From Lama glama (taxonomy: Eukaryota), in NCBI GenBank assembly GCA_028534125.1, contig CM052818.1, positions 42,658,001 to 42,722,000 on the forward strand: a DNA stretch of 64,000 bases, written 5' to 3'. Made by a program: the position numbers and the translations under genes. Positions 24,925 to 37,385 of the stretch are shown here, piece by piece (position 1 is the first letter of the stretch; each line of letters begins with the position of its first letter). The notes under the pieces were generated by a model. It searched no databases, had not been told where the DNA came from, and saw only the letters and a program-made list of their open reading frames with translations.

Positions 24925-27400
24925 AAAAAAAAGTGTAATCTGCTGTTACTGGGTGGGGTGCTCTGTATATGTGTCAGCTGTCTTGTGAGTTGACTGTGCC
25001 ATTCACATCTTCTAAATCTTGCTGATCTTCTGCCAGTAGCTCTCACATTTGCTGAGAGGGAGGGGTTGAAGTCCCAGTACAATTGCGGTTTTGTTTATTT
25101 CTCCTTTTAGCTCTAAATCAGTTTGCCGTTCACTTATTTCGAACCTGTCATTTGGTGTGTACACAGTGAGGAGCTTTATGTTTTTCTGGTATATCTATTA
25201 TTTTATCATTCAATGCTGCTCTTTGCTTTTAGTAATTTTCTTTGCTCTACTGTCTGCTTCATCAGATATTACTGTAGCCACTCCCGCTTTTCTTAAAAAA
25301 AATCGTTTCATGGCATAATTTTTCTGTCCTTTAGCTTTCAGTCTACTTATGCCACTGAATTTGAAGTGAGTTTTTTTTTTAAGCAACATATAGTTGAGTT
25401 GTATTGTTTTATTCACTCTGCCAGTCTCTGCCTTTGATTGACATCTTTAGACATTTAGGATAATTATCAATATGCTAGCACTTAAGCTTTATAAATCTTA
25501 TCTGATGGTTAGAACAAAAAATTAATAACACCATTTGATACCCAAGACAATGATATGTAAAAGTGTGTAAGATAAAGAGACCTAAGTTACAGTGAGTTTT
25601 CCACACTTCGCTCAAAGTGGCAAAATGTTGATACCAGTGGACTGTTAGGAGTTACATACATATATTGTAATGCCAAGAGCAAATGCTATGAAAACTATGC
25701 AAAAGATGTACTCAGAAACTTGATACATATAAAAAGAAGTCCTCAAAATTTTTCAAGGATCCCATAGGAAGGCAAGAAAAAGGAAACATAAAAATCATAA
25801 TCAGAGGAAAGAAACAGAAGGAAGATAATATTTTTCAAGTGCTGAGAGAGAAGACTTGTGCCACTTCCTTCCAGCCCTCTGTGGTCTCAGATGAGAAATC
25901 CACTGTCACTTAAACTGGTATTCCCGTATCAGTAATGTATCATTTACCCGCTTTCAAGACTTTGCTTTTGTCTTTAGTTTTGCAAAGTTTAATTATGATG
26001 TGACTTGATGTGACTCTTTTGACTTTATCCACTTTGGTGTTTGTTCGGCTTCTTGAATGTGTAGGGCTGTGTGTTTACCAAAGTTGAGAAGTTTTCAACC
26101 ATTGCTTCTTCTAATACTCTTTCTGCTCTACCCTCTTTCTCAGTCCTTCTGGGACTCTGATGAGACAAATCTTGGCTCTTATCACTGCTCTGGTCCTGAA
26201 GACTCCTATTTATTTCAGTTTCCTTCCTCTCTGTTGTTCAGGTTGGGTGAACTCTATTATTTCGCCCTCAAGTGTATTGAAGCCATCAACTCCGTCATCT
26301 TCATTCTACTATTGAACCCATTCAGTTAAGATTTTTTTACATTTTTGTATTTTCAGTTTATAATTTTCATATGATTATTTTTGAAATTTCTTTGCTGACA
26401 TTTCCCACGTTTTAATTTGCTTCAAAACAATTTGTAATCGGTTGTTTTAATGATGATTGCCTGTCTTAGTCTGCTCTGGCTGCCAGAGTGAAATACTACA
26501 GACAGGGTAGGTAAGACTGCAGAAATTAACTTCCTTACACTTCCGGGGGCCGGGAAGCCCAAGATCAAGGTGCTGGATGATTCAGTTGCTGGAGACAACC
26601 CTCTTTCTGTCTTGTAGATGGCTGCCTTCTTGCTGTCTCTTCACATGGCACATGTGTGGCTTGCTGGTGTCTTTTTTAATAAGGACAATACTATTATGGG
26701 ACCAAGCTCCTACCCTTATGATCTCATCTAATATCAGTTACTTCTTTAAAGGCCCCATCTCCAAATATGATCAGATGGAAAGTTAGGGCTTCCACGTCTG
26801 AATTCCAGGGAGACCCAGTTCAGTCCATAGTACTGCTTTGAAATCTTTGTCAGATAACTCAACATCTGATACATCTTGGTCTTGGTCTTGGTCTTGGTGT
26901 GGTCTTTTCTCATTCAGATTGTGATTTCTGTTGGTTCCTGGCATGATGGATGACTTTGTATTGTATTCTGGACATTCTATTTATCACGTTTGGAGACTTG
27001 AGATCTTATTTAATTTTTTTATTTTTGTAGGTGGTCACTCTGACTAGGTTTGGCATGTGAGTTTCCTCCTACTTTTAGGCTGTGGTCCCAGTGGCAGTTT
27101 TATTTTCAGAATCTGTACAGTGTTTTTTTCATCTGCTTAGGTCACTAGGTAACAGTGGGGCTCCCCTGGTCCCTGCTGGTTCTGCCTGAGCCGGAGAAAT
27201 TGATTTCCCCGTCAGGCCAGCAGGTGTCACTCCACAGAGGAGGGATGTGGTAAGATCCCACCTGCCCCAACCCTCCTTCCCTCAGGTTTCCCTAGTGTCT
27301 CTGGGAAGGAGAGGAGGGTTTCCAGCCCAAGAGAACAAAAAAGTTCCCTGGACTAGGCTGCTTCCTGGGACTGGGCCGTGTGTTTCCAGTTCTTTCCACC
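24925..27400 (-). mobile_element. Old L1 (L1MC/MD-like) 5' region: 5' UTR, ORF1, inter-ORF and ORF2 endonuclease start; internally rearranged
   Basis: ORF 25210-25416 (THFKF..SRLKAKG...KAGVATVISDEADSRAKKITK) is L1 APE endonuclease; ORF1-like ctcagatgagaaatccactgtca. Confidence 0.88.
26462..26832 (-). mobile_element. MLT1A-like MaLR solo LTR nested in the L1
   Basis: tgtcttagtctgctctggctgcc...aagcccaagatcaaggtgctgg...aaaggccccatctccaaata...ttcagtccatagta. Confidence 0.88.
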
Positions 27401-28074
27401 AGCCCTACTCATACAAATTTTATTTTCTCATCTCCTTGTCTCCATCTCACAACACAGAGCCATGCTTTGCATATAGTAGATGCTCAGTTGTTCTGTCACT
27501 TGAATTACTCCTTTAATTACTTGCTCACTCATCAAGGGCACCAGAGATGGTTTTATTTTCCACTCTCATGGGTGTGTCTATACAACTGTACATCAAGGAT
27601 AAGCCCCTAAAAAGACTGTTTTAGATACAGGAATTTTCCTTTGGAAAGTAAGGGTCTACTTTCAGACGGGTAGGAGAGTGGCTTGGATCTAGCATTGCAT
27701 TCTGTTGAGATTCTTTTGTTTCTGTCACACAGATTTCTTTTGAGAGGCAAGAAAGAAAAATCATGCCTCCCCTTCTTGGCTTTTGTGAAGGAAATCTAAA
27801 GGATTTCAGCAAGAAATCTCAAGATTTTACATTGCAAAACAGGCTAGTTGGCTGGTATAAGAGGAATCCATCAGTGAGTAATTATTTTATTCCCTGTCAG
27901 AGAGGATGGCTCAGAAAGCAAGTGTTCCTTAATTTTGATTGATGGAATCATAGAATATCAGAACTGAATGAGGCATTAGAGAACAGCTGGTCCAAAACCT
28001 CTTACGTTACCAGGGTGGAAAATGAGGCTTATTTAAAATAATGGGTTGTCTGCGACCACAACGAAGTGAGCATC

Positions 28075-28282
28075 AGTGGGCAGTGTGAAGTGGTGGCAGT
28101 GCGTGTTCTTGATTCACAGATGCCCTGGGCTTAACTCCTGGCTTGGCCACTTCCTGGCTGCGTGATCTTAGACAAGTCCATTACCTCGTCTAATTTTATC
28201 CCCCATCCCCGTGGGGTTGTTAGGACTCAGCAAGATAATCCACGTTCAGTGCCTGGAAGACAGTAAGAGCTCAATAAATACA
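28075..28282 (+). mobile_element. MIR SINE
   Basis: cctggcttggccacttcctggctgcgtgatcttagacaagtc...cagtgcctgga...ctcaataaata. Confidence 0.75.
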
Positions 28283-30180
28283 ACTCCAGCCCCTCTAGGG
28301 ACCACCCAACTTTAGCCCAGAGATTTTCCTGCTCCACTGTGGCAAACCAATTATACGTCCCCTGTTCCGTCTGATGTCTAGTTTCACTCTTTTTTTTTTT
28401 TTATGAGCATTTGCTAAACACTGGCTGTATACACCGGCACTGGAGATACAACGATGAATAAAAATTCCCCTTTGCCCTCTTGGAGTTTGCCTTCTAAAGG
28501 GGATAAGCCCCCCCCCAAACAAAAGGATCAAAACAGAGACATGCACAAGGCATGGAGGCTGGGGGAGGGGGGGTCTCTCCTCTCTTGGAAAATTACCTTC
28601 AGGGTGACTTTATTTTCATCTGTTCACTGTGAGATGGCCAAGCCTGACCGTAATGGCTGTAAGTAACAAATGGCCGCAAGATAATTGACCCAATAGTCTT
28701 CGGAAATGAAGATTTCTCATGATGAAGATTTCTATCAAGATATGCCTTAAATATCCCTGTTAAATCAGGATTTTGGAAGTTGGAGGATCTAGTTCTGAGT
28801 CATCAATAATCTGACTGGGCTAAAGTCAGACAGAGTCACCTTTTACAGTAAGGTTGTTCACAACCAGGTGGCTGAGTTTATTGAGTCAGTTTGCTGTCTA
28901 ATGATCAGACTGAATGTGGAAAACTCAGTTTTAAGACCAAGTTCTAATTAATGAATGCTTAGTTCAGGAAGCAGAGCATGTGCTGGGGAAGAAATGCAGA
29001 GTGCCGTGGGAGAACATGAGGTGGAGAGTTAATTTTATTTATTATCCCAGGACCAGAGAAGACTTTTGTCCTGAGTTTGAAAGATACCAATGGGGGATGA
29101 CCGTGGTGATGGACAAAGACACTCCAGTCAAAGGCAGGAATTGTGCAAAGTGGACGGCGGGCATCGGGGGCAGCACACACTGCCGGTGTGGATCCCCCAT
29201 GAGCTTGAGGAGGTGAAGGAGGAGGGGACATGCTGGCTTTGGGGTGAAATGACTAGGGTCATGAATCTCATACTCAGGGGGCTGGGCCCCCGGATGTCAT
29301 GCTGCAGGAAGTGGAGAGGTAATGGGCGTTCAGTGTGAGAACTGCAAGCTTGCTATTATATTGCCAACACTACCTCTGTTTTTTGCATCTCTGAGTTTTG
29401 AAGGACAGGGTGTTAAACATATTTAAAATGGCAGATTTTTTATTGTCACAATAGCCATTAGACACATATAAGGCACAAAGACTGTGCTTTATAAAATGCT
29501 GTCAGAAAGGTCTTATGGATGTACTGTAAGGGACCCCAATCTGATTATGGCCCTCAGGAATGTCACCTAAAGCATTTCACTGTTATCCTGTGTGGACTGA
29601 TAACCATGTGGACCCGCCTGCTGCAGCCTTGCCTTCTGATTGAATAATGATGTCCTCTGCCACTTGCAGGAAATGGCCAGGACCTGCCACGCTGTTCTAG
29701 ATTTTATTTTTTCCTTGCAGGTTCTCTTGAGCAGTCCAGGTGGACAATGAGGAGTCTCTGTCTAGTTTAGGCTGAAAGTCCAGGCATGAAGCAGTCACTC
29801 CAAGATGAGAAAAGACTAGTCGCTTTTCAGGATTAACTGGTTCTGGGCTCTGTTTGCGTAAGCAAATTAATGAGCTGGAAAGTCTCATTTTCACAAGGGC
29901 TAAATTGTAAAGACACTACAGGGACAGATGCTTCCGTGTTATTGATATTTGTTCAGAAGAGGGAAGGAAATCTCACAGAATACCAAGGAAGCCTCCTAGT
30001 TCAAACTCTGTCTCCTTTTGGCAACATCATTTCAATCTCGGCAGAGGGGGACCTGGTGGAGAATATTTTTCATTTTGTCAGTTGCAGATTTTCCAAAATG
30101 CCTGTGTCAGTTACTAAGTATGAAAAATAGCTTAGGACATTTTTCTTCCCAAGATGGCGAAGTTTAAATTTTGAAGCAGA

Positions 30181-30320
30181 ATCCTCTCTCTCCAGCTTCC
30201 CTTCCTTCTTCCTTTCTTCCCTCCCACCCCTCTACCTCCCTCCGCCTTTCCTTCCTCCATCCTTCCATCTCTTCCTCTTCTCCCTTTCTCCTTTCCCTCT
30301 TCCTCTCCTTTCCTTCCTCA
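30181..30320. repeat. Polypyrimidine/polypurine low-complexity tract
   Basis: ~140 nt almost entirely C/T on the + strand. Confidence 0.9.
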
Positions 30321-30552
30321 AACATTTCTTGAGAACCTGTAATAAGTCTATCACAATTAGGGACAAATTTGACAAAGATGGAAAATTCAAGTCCTATTCT
30401 TAAGGAAATCATAGACCATTGGAGGAAGCAGACACCTAAAATGCATAATCACTTAATCACAATGCAACACGAGGAGTGATTTGATTCCAATTATCTTCAG
30501 CCCAAAGGAGCTTCCCTGAGTTATCTTGGGGGAAAAAGAAAAACCTTAGCTT

Positions 30553-30692
30553 GGGGGAGGGTTGAGCTAGCTCAGCGGTAGAGCGTGTGCTTAGCATGCA
30601 CAAGGTCCTGGGTTCAATCCCCAGTACCTCTGTTAAAATAAACAAATAAATAAATTAAATAAACCTAATTACCATCCGTCCCCCCAAACCAG
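30553..30692 (+). mobile_element. tRNA-Ala-derived SINE (Vic-1-like)
   Basis: tagctcagcggtagagcgtgtgcttagcatgcacaaggtcctgggttcaatccccagtacc; TSD-like ccttagctt ending at 30552 and 30705. Confidence 0.93.
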
Positions 30693-31429
30693 AAAGCCTT
30701 AGCTTGTCTTTTGAAGATATCCAGGAGCCTGAAACTGAGCAGTTTATCCTCTAGTAAATGTCTGATGGAAACACGCTTTCTGATGAAGGTGCAAAGAGCC
30801 ATTCTTCCAAAAAGCATAGCTAATTTGATAGTTCAGGAGAGCAAATGACCAAATCTTCATATCTGACATTTTAAATAGAACTTTTATGCTTACGTTTGCT
30901 TGTGACAGTGTCATCCGGAAATGTTTACTTTTCAAATCAACTTTAGAAGAGGTTGGGCAAGATCCCCACTCACAGAATTTCATTTCCTTCAAGAATGCAG
31001 TCTATCAATTCCCAAACTGAGTTCAAGGCCAAGTTCTGCTGCATGTATGGCAATCACACAACTGAGAGTTTGGGCTTAAAATACATTTTATGTGTTTGTT
31101 TAATTTGAAGTACAAGCCTTGTAGGTAACATTCATTTAAAATATCATTGGTCTTATAACATCTAAGCAATAAACCATTCAGTTCTTAAGCCCAGGGGGAA
31201 GCTGCTATTTTCCTCATTTTAGTGATGGAGTCTCTGAGATTTGGGGAGGTTAAATGCTTCAGTTAACACAGCTGGTAGGTGACTAAAGTCTGAGTGTGAA
31301 GAAATTGTTGAGTGTCTCCTCTTTCAGCTCTGCCTCACCCCAGATGACACATGTCAGGTAAAAGAGGAGGTGTATGCATTGGATATTAAAACAAACTTCA
31401 CAGTGCTGTAGAACCCACGAGAACCCATG

Positions 31430-32070
31430 AACCCATCTGGCCATTCAACAAATATTTTCTGAGTTCCTGTTACATGCGAAAACAGAAATAAAAAAACCCT
31501 AGGCACTGGGGATATGGTGGTGAACAGAGAAGACAAAACTCTGCTTTCATTCAGGGAATATTCTAGAATTTCATGTTAGATAACAGGCAAATAAATATGA
31601 GGTATAGTATGTACAATGGAGGTAAATTCTGCAGAGAGAATGAAGCTGATAAGGGCGGCCAGGGGCAGGCAGAGAAGGTGGGAACTCAGGAGAGTGAGGG
31701 ATGAGTCTTGTGATGGCTCAGGGAAACTGCTCTGGCAGAGGGAACAGCGGCCCCTGAGGTAGGGCCAACCTGGTGGGTTTGAGTCACAGCAAGGAGGCCA
31801 GTGGGAGTGTGGAGTGAGCACTGTAGAGCCAAGGAGATGAGGTGGAGGGATCACAGGGCAGATCACATGTTGACCTTGGACCCTGGACTCGACTAAGAGG
31901 GCAAGTGGTAGAGATTTGGAGCAGAGGACTGATGCGAGCTTACATATTGCAGCAGGCTGGTTTCGACCACTGCACTAAGCAGGGACCACAGGCTGAAGCA
32001 GGAAGACCTGTCAGGAGGTTACTGTGTGAGTCTAGAGGAAGGAGACGTGATGCCATGGACCAAAACATTA
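31430..32070 (-). mobile_element. L2 LINE 3' fragment
   Basis: cattcaacaaatattttctgag...aggcactggggatatggtggtgaaca...cagcaaggaggccagtg. Confidence 0.85.
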
Positions 32071-32217
32071 TTTCTCCAGACAAGCGGTGTGGTCCTAGAA
32101 GAACGTCCGGTCCTCTGGGCAGAAGATGAGCTCAGTACCTCTTGTCCCATCTTCAGTCCCTGGATGTTGGCGTTCTGCTGTTCCCTGACACTTAACACTT
32201 CACCACATTGATTTCTT

Positions 32218-32521
32218 TTTTTATAATAGACTTGATTTTTTTAGAGCAGTGTCAGGTTTACAGCAGAATTGAGCAGAAAATACAGAGTTCCCACATAGCC
32301 CTCCCCACCCACACATATCTACTCTCTACCCTCAACATCCCTCATCAGTGAGGCGTATTTAGTATAATGATGAACCAACATGGAGACACTATTATCAACC
32401 AAATCCCACAGTTTACATTAGGGATCACTCTTGATGTTGTGCGTTCTATGGGCTTTGACAAATGCACAATGACATATAGCCACCACTATAATACCATACA
32501 GAGTAATTTCGTTGCCCTAAA
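32218..32521 (-). mobile_element. L1MC-like 3' end with intact TSD
   Basis: ttttagagcagtgtcaggtttacagcagaattgagcagaaaatacagagttcccac...tttacattagggatcactctt; TSD attgatttctt at 32207-32217 and 32522-32532. Confidence 0.9.
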
Positions 32522-33344
32522 ATTGATTTCTTGAGCTCTCCCAGAGATGTCAGATCCCAGGATCAAAGAGCCTTGGGCAAGTCACGTAAACTCCTTGGGC
32601 TCTTGAGTGCTCATTTTAGAATGATGGGAGTAATACCTAATCAGTGAATCTTTCAGAAACATTCCAAGAGATGTATATGAAAGAACCTAGTTAATGGAAA
32701 ACCACTATACAAAGTGTGTGTGTGGGGTCTTATATACCTCATATTATTACTATTTGCTAATGTTTCTACAGTCGTCTTCATTCCATGAGCATCAGTATGA
32801 AATGTCTAAGCTGTTGCCTTTCCTTTGTCCTCCTGTCTCTACTGTTTTGTCCAAGTTTTACTCCACAATGTCCTTCCCTTCTGTCCTTTGTTGGCCCCTG
32901 GAGTGCTAGCCCTTCTAGGGTGACATGGAGGCCACTGAAGTAACCTTTTGGGGAACTGCCCTGCCTCTTCTCTCAACTTGCCTCCCATGTTCCACACTCT
33001 TTCCTTACAGCGTAAATTCTTAGCTGAGCAGTTGGCTTCCTTCCCAATGCAGTCTCACCCTCGTCTTCCATGTCATTTTCCCCCATTCTGTTATATGAAC
33101 CTGTTGTTCCAGAACTTCCTTACCATCTCCCGCCATGTTTCATTGTTCCCGTTTCTGCTGTTTGAATTACCCACTTCTATTTGAAATATTCTCCCCTCCT
33201 TTCTTCCTGTTTAAAACTCCTCCGTCTTTCCTGCTGCTTCTCCCTATTCCAGTGCTTATTTCCTAGTAAAAGCATCTTTAGGTAACCCTTGGTCCTGAGC
33301 GCAGCATGACTCATGGTTGCTACGAGTAACTGCAGAGTCAGCAT

Positions 33345-33590
33345 AGCTCTTAAAAGACAAAAGGAGACCTGAGGCTAAACAGCCGAGGCTTCAAATCCCA
33401 GCTCCTGTGATCATTTGCTGTGTGATTTTGGATACGTTATTTAACATTTCTGAGCCTTGTTTTCTCAACTTCAAGATGGTTATAATAGTGGCTACCATGT
33501 CAAATTGCTCTAAGGATTAGAAATACTTATGTAAAGCGCCTCGCCAGCCTGGCCATAGAAGTAACTGCTCAATAACTGATAGCTGTTATT
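33345..33590 (+). mobile_element. MIR SINE
   Basis: ttcaaatcccagctc...gctgtgtgattttgg...tatgtaaagcgcct...ctcaataa. Confidence 0.82.
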
Positions 33591-36500
33591 CCAATTATTC
33601 CTGGTATTATCATAACCGCATATAACCATCACTGGTATTTTCATAAAATAATTATCATTTACCATCAGCGTGAACTTCAGAACTTCCTTTTGGCTAAGCT
33701 AAGCTTCCCTACTGTTAGGTTGAGGGAGTTAATCTAGCCCTGTGTTTTCCAAATGCTTTAAAACTGTCTTTTATAAAATTGCACATTTTTCTTCAGTGTC
33801 CTTTAAAATAAAAAAAATAATTTAGTATTTTGTTTAAAAAGAGATGCAACCTTTGGGATAAAGTGATTCTTTATTTTCAGTCACATCCAAAGATGGATTT
33901 CAGAGAACCAGATATTCCGTCGTGTCCCTTCCAGATCTGATATTTGGCATAATTCTGTGGCTTTTGAGGGGGGAGAAAAGCTCACCTATGTCTAATTTTT
34001 CTATCCAGAAATGACACTAGACTTTGAAGTTCACTAACATCTTTTGCCTCTCCAGAATCTCTTTTTACAGGAAAATTATTTTTCCATCATTTAAACATAA
34101 AAGGCGGGAGACTGTGGAATTTCCTTCTTTGTTACTGTTTGTTGTGCTGGTACAGCCCTTGCTCCAGGGAGAATCAGCACACATCCAGGTATTCAGGAAT
34201 CCCCTCTTGTAGCATGTGCTGTATGTACATGGTGCTGCTGTAGATGGTTTGACGCAATGGGAGCTGTTGACTCTAGAGGACAGGAAATTTACACACGGTT
34301 AATACTATTGATTCCTCTTGTCTGGAGATTAATTTAGAAAAAAGAGTCTGTTATTAGTATGAAGATGATGTGCGATGATGGGGAAAGGAAAGGGGGGTGA
34401 ATCAATACCCAGGAGTCACCATTAATGTACTACCGCCACTATCATTCTGACAGATTTGCAGTCAACTGCTATTGATTTTTCATCAGCGTTTTCAGCTGGC
34501 TTCAGGAGGTGAGATCTCTGGGTTTTGAAAAATAAAGGGTTTTCTAATAGACATTTTTGTTCTAGCTTTTTCATCCAGGAGACAGCGTCTGAGATTTGCT
34601 GGCTCAGCCTTCAGCTTCTGTTGTATCATGTCCTTTCAGCTTTGGCTTCATGGCGTGGAAGGGAATTAGTGTAAAGGGGAGGCATCTGAGTGGATGCAAG
34701 GCAGGCATCCTTGGAGGAAGGAATGGGGTTGCTTAGAGAATGAGAGTTTCCCGGAGTAACCGTTTGGAGCAGGAGAGGGTGGTTAGATGCTCAGGATGAA
34801 CTTGAGGACCTTAGAGCAGAGATGGGAAGTAAGAGAATAATAATCACTTAGCACGTGCCATGCTCCGAAGCCTTAATGTACATCATTTTATTTAAATCTC
34901 TTAATCTCCAGATGACAAAGAATGGAAATCAACAGAGTGGAAATAACTTTCCCATGTTTACACAACTGGAAAATGCAGCTGGAAATCAACCACAGGATTG
35001 TCTGAAATCCTGTCTGTTTCCCTTGAGATGTTTTAGTTCCTGCACAAGTTTGCTGTCAGTGATGGGTGCTGAATTGCCAGGTGCCCGACTTTGAGGGACT
35101 TAGGTGAATCAGAAAAGCCTTGAATATGGGTCTTTGTCCTGAAGTGACACATGTCTCTCCCTCCTTATTCCCGATCCTAGCCATTTATGCTTGTGTTTCC
35201 CACGGCGGAAGGCAGATGCTTTGCTGGGGTGAATGCTCCACCGTATCAGATGGTGATGATGGTAGTTCTTGCTCTCAGCCCCATATGCTTAGACCTTCGT
35301 AGTAAACCTAAAACAAGGTTTGAAACTGAAGGATGAGTAAAATTGTGACAGTTGCTTACCTGGTGTGTCCCATCCTCATCTTCAAATCCATCCCTCGCTC
35401 CCTACCCTACTCCAAACTCCCAGGAGTCTTTGATGATTGCACTAGAAGGCCTTGATGCAGTCCATCCAGCAGGTGAAGGCACTTCTCTCTGCAATTCCAA
35501 ATTCTGTGACATCTGATGATCACATGTGATGCCATCTGTCCATTCTGTAGCTGGGCCCCTAATCTATGTGAGATGACATCAAGAGGGGAAAAAAAGAGAA
35601 CTTTCAATTGAAATAAACCTAAACATTTGCTGTAGGACCGGCATCTCTCTAGGCAGTGGAATAATGAAAAGTCAAAAGTCAGCAGTCTTCTCACCTTCAA
35701 GGAGAGAGAATCTAGAGGCAGATACTCATGGGAAGACACATGCATACCTGGAAGGCTGAGTTGGGTAACTGCCCTAATGCAGGCACAAAACCCCCAGGGC
35801 AGGACGTGTTTATTCTCATGTGGGAGGGGCAGAGGTGTCTTTCCCAGGTGGAAGCTTTTTATTGCTCTTTTTGGCTCCATCTTCTCTGTCCCTACACGGA
35901 GAACATGAGTGCCTGTGTTGAGATGAAGGCTTGGAGGACCAGGATGCCTGTGTACAATGAGATTCTTCAACTTCCCTGCCTCCCATTCCTCAACCTTCTG
36001 GAACCTAGATCCTGGTCTTTTCATATCCTTTCATTTCTTCTCACAGAAGGAAAATGAATGACCTCCTATTTTTCAGGTCCTAGAGAGTCTGTCAGGAATT
36101 ATCCCACTTGAACTCCCCATGGTACTCAGTTCTGCAGACTGTGGAATATTATTTTTCCCTTGGCCTCTATGACACCACACTTCGTAAAGTATTTTGAATT
36201 AAAGAGTAGGGAATGAATCCTGGTGTGTGTTCCTTTTAATATGAATATTTGTAAATTATCACACACCATTAACATTTTCTGAAGTCAGCAGACAGTCATT
36301 ATATAGTTATGTTGACAATAAAATTACTGGGACACAACTGTCTCTGGTGATGGGTGGTAAGGACTTTAAAAGGGTTCTAAAGAGATTAAATTAAAAATCT
36401 TAAACTAAGCTGCACTGATACCTAATATAAAAATGCTCATTTTTATTTCTTAAAAATATTACATACAGATAAGGATTTTACTTGCTAATCATATAATAAT

Positions 36501-36881
36501 GAATATCAACCATTTTAAAGAGAATAAAACAATTTCTTTTATCAGCATCATATTTGTACTATCATTGTTCGTATTTCTAACCACAGTAGAATCACCAGTA
36601 TTTTCATTGTCCAAAAGAAGGATGAATCAGAAAAGTAAAGAATGAATTTGTCATTGTGAAAACTCCCCAAGAGTAGGGAAACTGAGCCAGAAGCCATTGG
36701 CCTGCACTTATAAGAATATCTTAGGCAAAATGTTGCTGCTCCCTCCAACAGAACAAATACCAAAAAAAAAAAAAGAAAGAAAAAAGACACAGAAATGTAA
36801 TATTCATTTCTGTATGTGGCAAGCGAAAGCCTCAATTTTGCCATTTGTTCTTCCCTTTTAGAAACCCCCTCCATGTTATTT

Positions 36882-37048
36882 TTAAAAAATATTTATTTAT
36901 TTATTCATTCACTCATTCATTTTTTGGTGGGGGGAGGTCATTAGGTTTCCTTACTTATTTACTATTAGAGGAGGTACTGGGGATTGAACCCAGGACCTCA
37001 TGCATGCTAAGCATGTACTCTACCACTTGAGCTATACCCCTCCCTGCT
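36882..37048 (-). mobile_element. tRNA-Ala-derived SINE (Vic-1-like)
   Basis: ggtactggggattgaacccaggacctcatgcatgctaagcatgtactctaccacttgagctatacccc; perfect 16-bp TSD cccctccatgttattt at 36866-36881 and 37049-37064. Confidence 0.95.
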
Positions 37049-37085
37049 CCCCTCCATGTTATTTCTGGTTGATTGTTCTAGTTTC

Positions 37086-37185
37086 NNNNNNNNNNNNNNN
37101 NNNNNNNNNNNNNNNNNNNNNNNNNNNNNNNNNNNNNNNNNNNNNNNNNNNNNNNNNNNNNNNNNNNNNNNNNNNNNNNNNNNNN
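37086..37185. other. Assembly gap (100 N)
   Basis: Run of N. Confidence 1.
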
Positions 37186-37385
37186 TTTTTTTACATTTTT
37201 ATTGATTCATAATCATTTTACAGTGTTGTGTCAAATTCCAGTGTTCAGTACAATTTTTCAGTCATACATGGACATATACACACTCATTGTCACATTTTTT
37301 TCTCTGTGATTTATCATAACATTTTGTGTATATTTCCCTGTGCTATACAGTGTAATCTTGTTTATCTGTTCTACAATTTTGAAAG
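37186..37385 (-). mobile_element. Young L1 3' end
   Basis: cattttacagtgttgtgtcaaattccagtgttcagtacaatttttcagt, homologous to 6120-6310. Confidence 0.9.

Noticed and set aside
24318..25082. Long ORFs of 190-254 aa
   Set aside because: Artefacts of translating through the 500-N gap.
26875..26899. (TCTTGG)4 and other short duplications as an array or CRISPR-like repeat
   Set aside because: Simple slippage repeats with no spacers, in a mammalian genome.
30560..30630. tRNA-Ala genes (also at 7330-7400, 17067-17140, 36970-37045)
   Set aside because: They share a non-tRNA tail, have A-rich ends and mostly TSDs, and are mutually diverged, so they are SINE copies.
35407..36024. Longest N-free ORF (205 aa, minus strand)
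   Set aside because: No recognisable domain, partly overlaps L2-like sequence, and its composition is typical of chance ORFs; BLASTP/PhyloCSF would be needed to rescue it.
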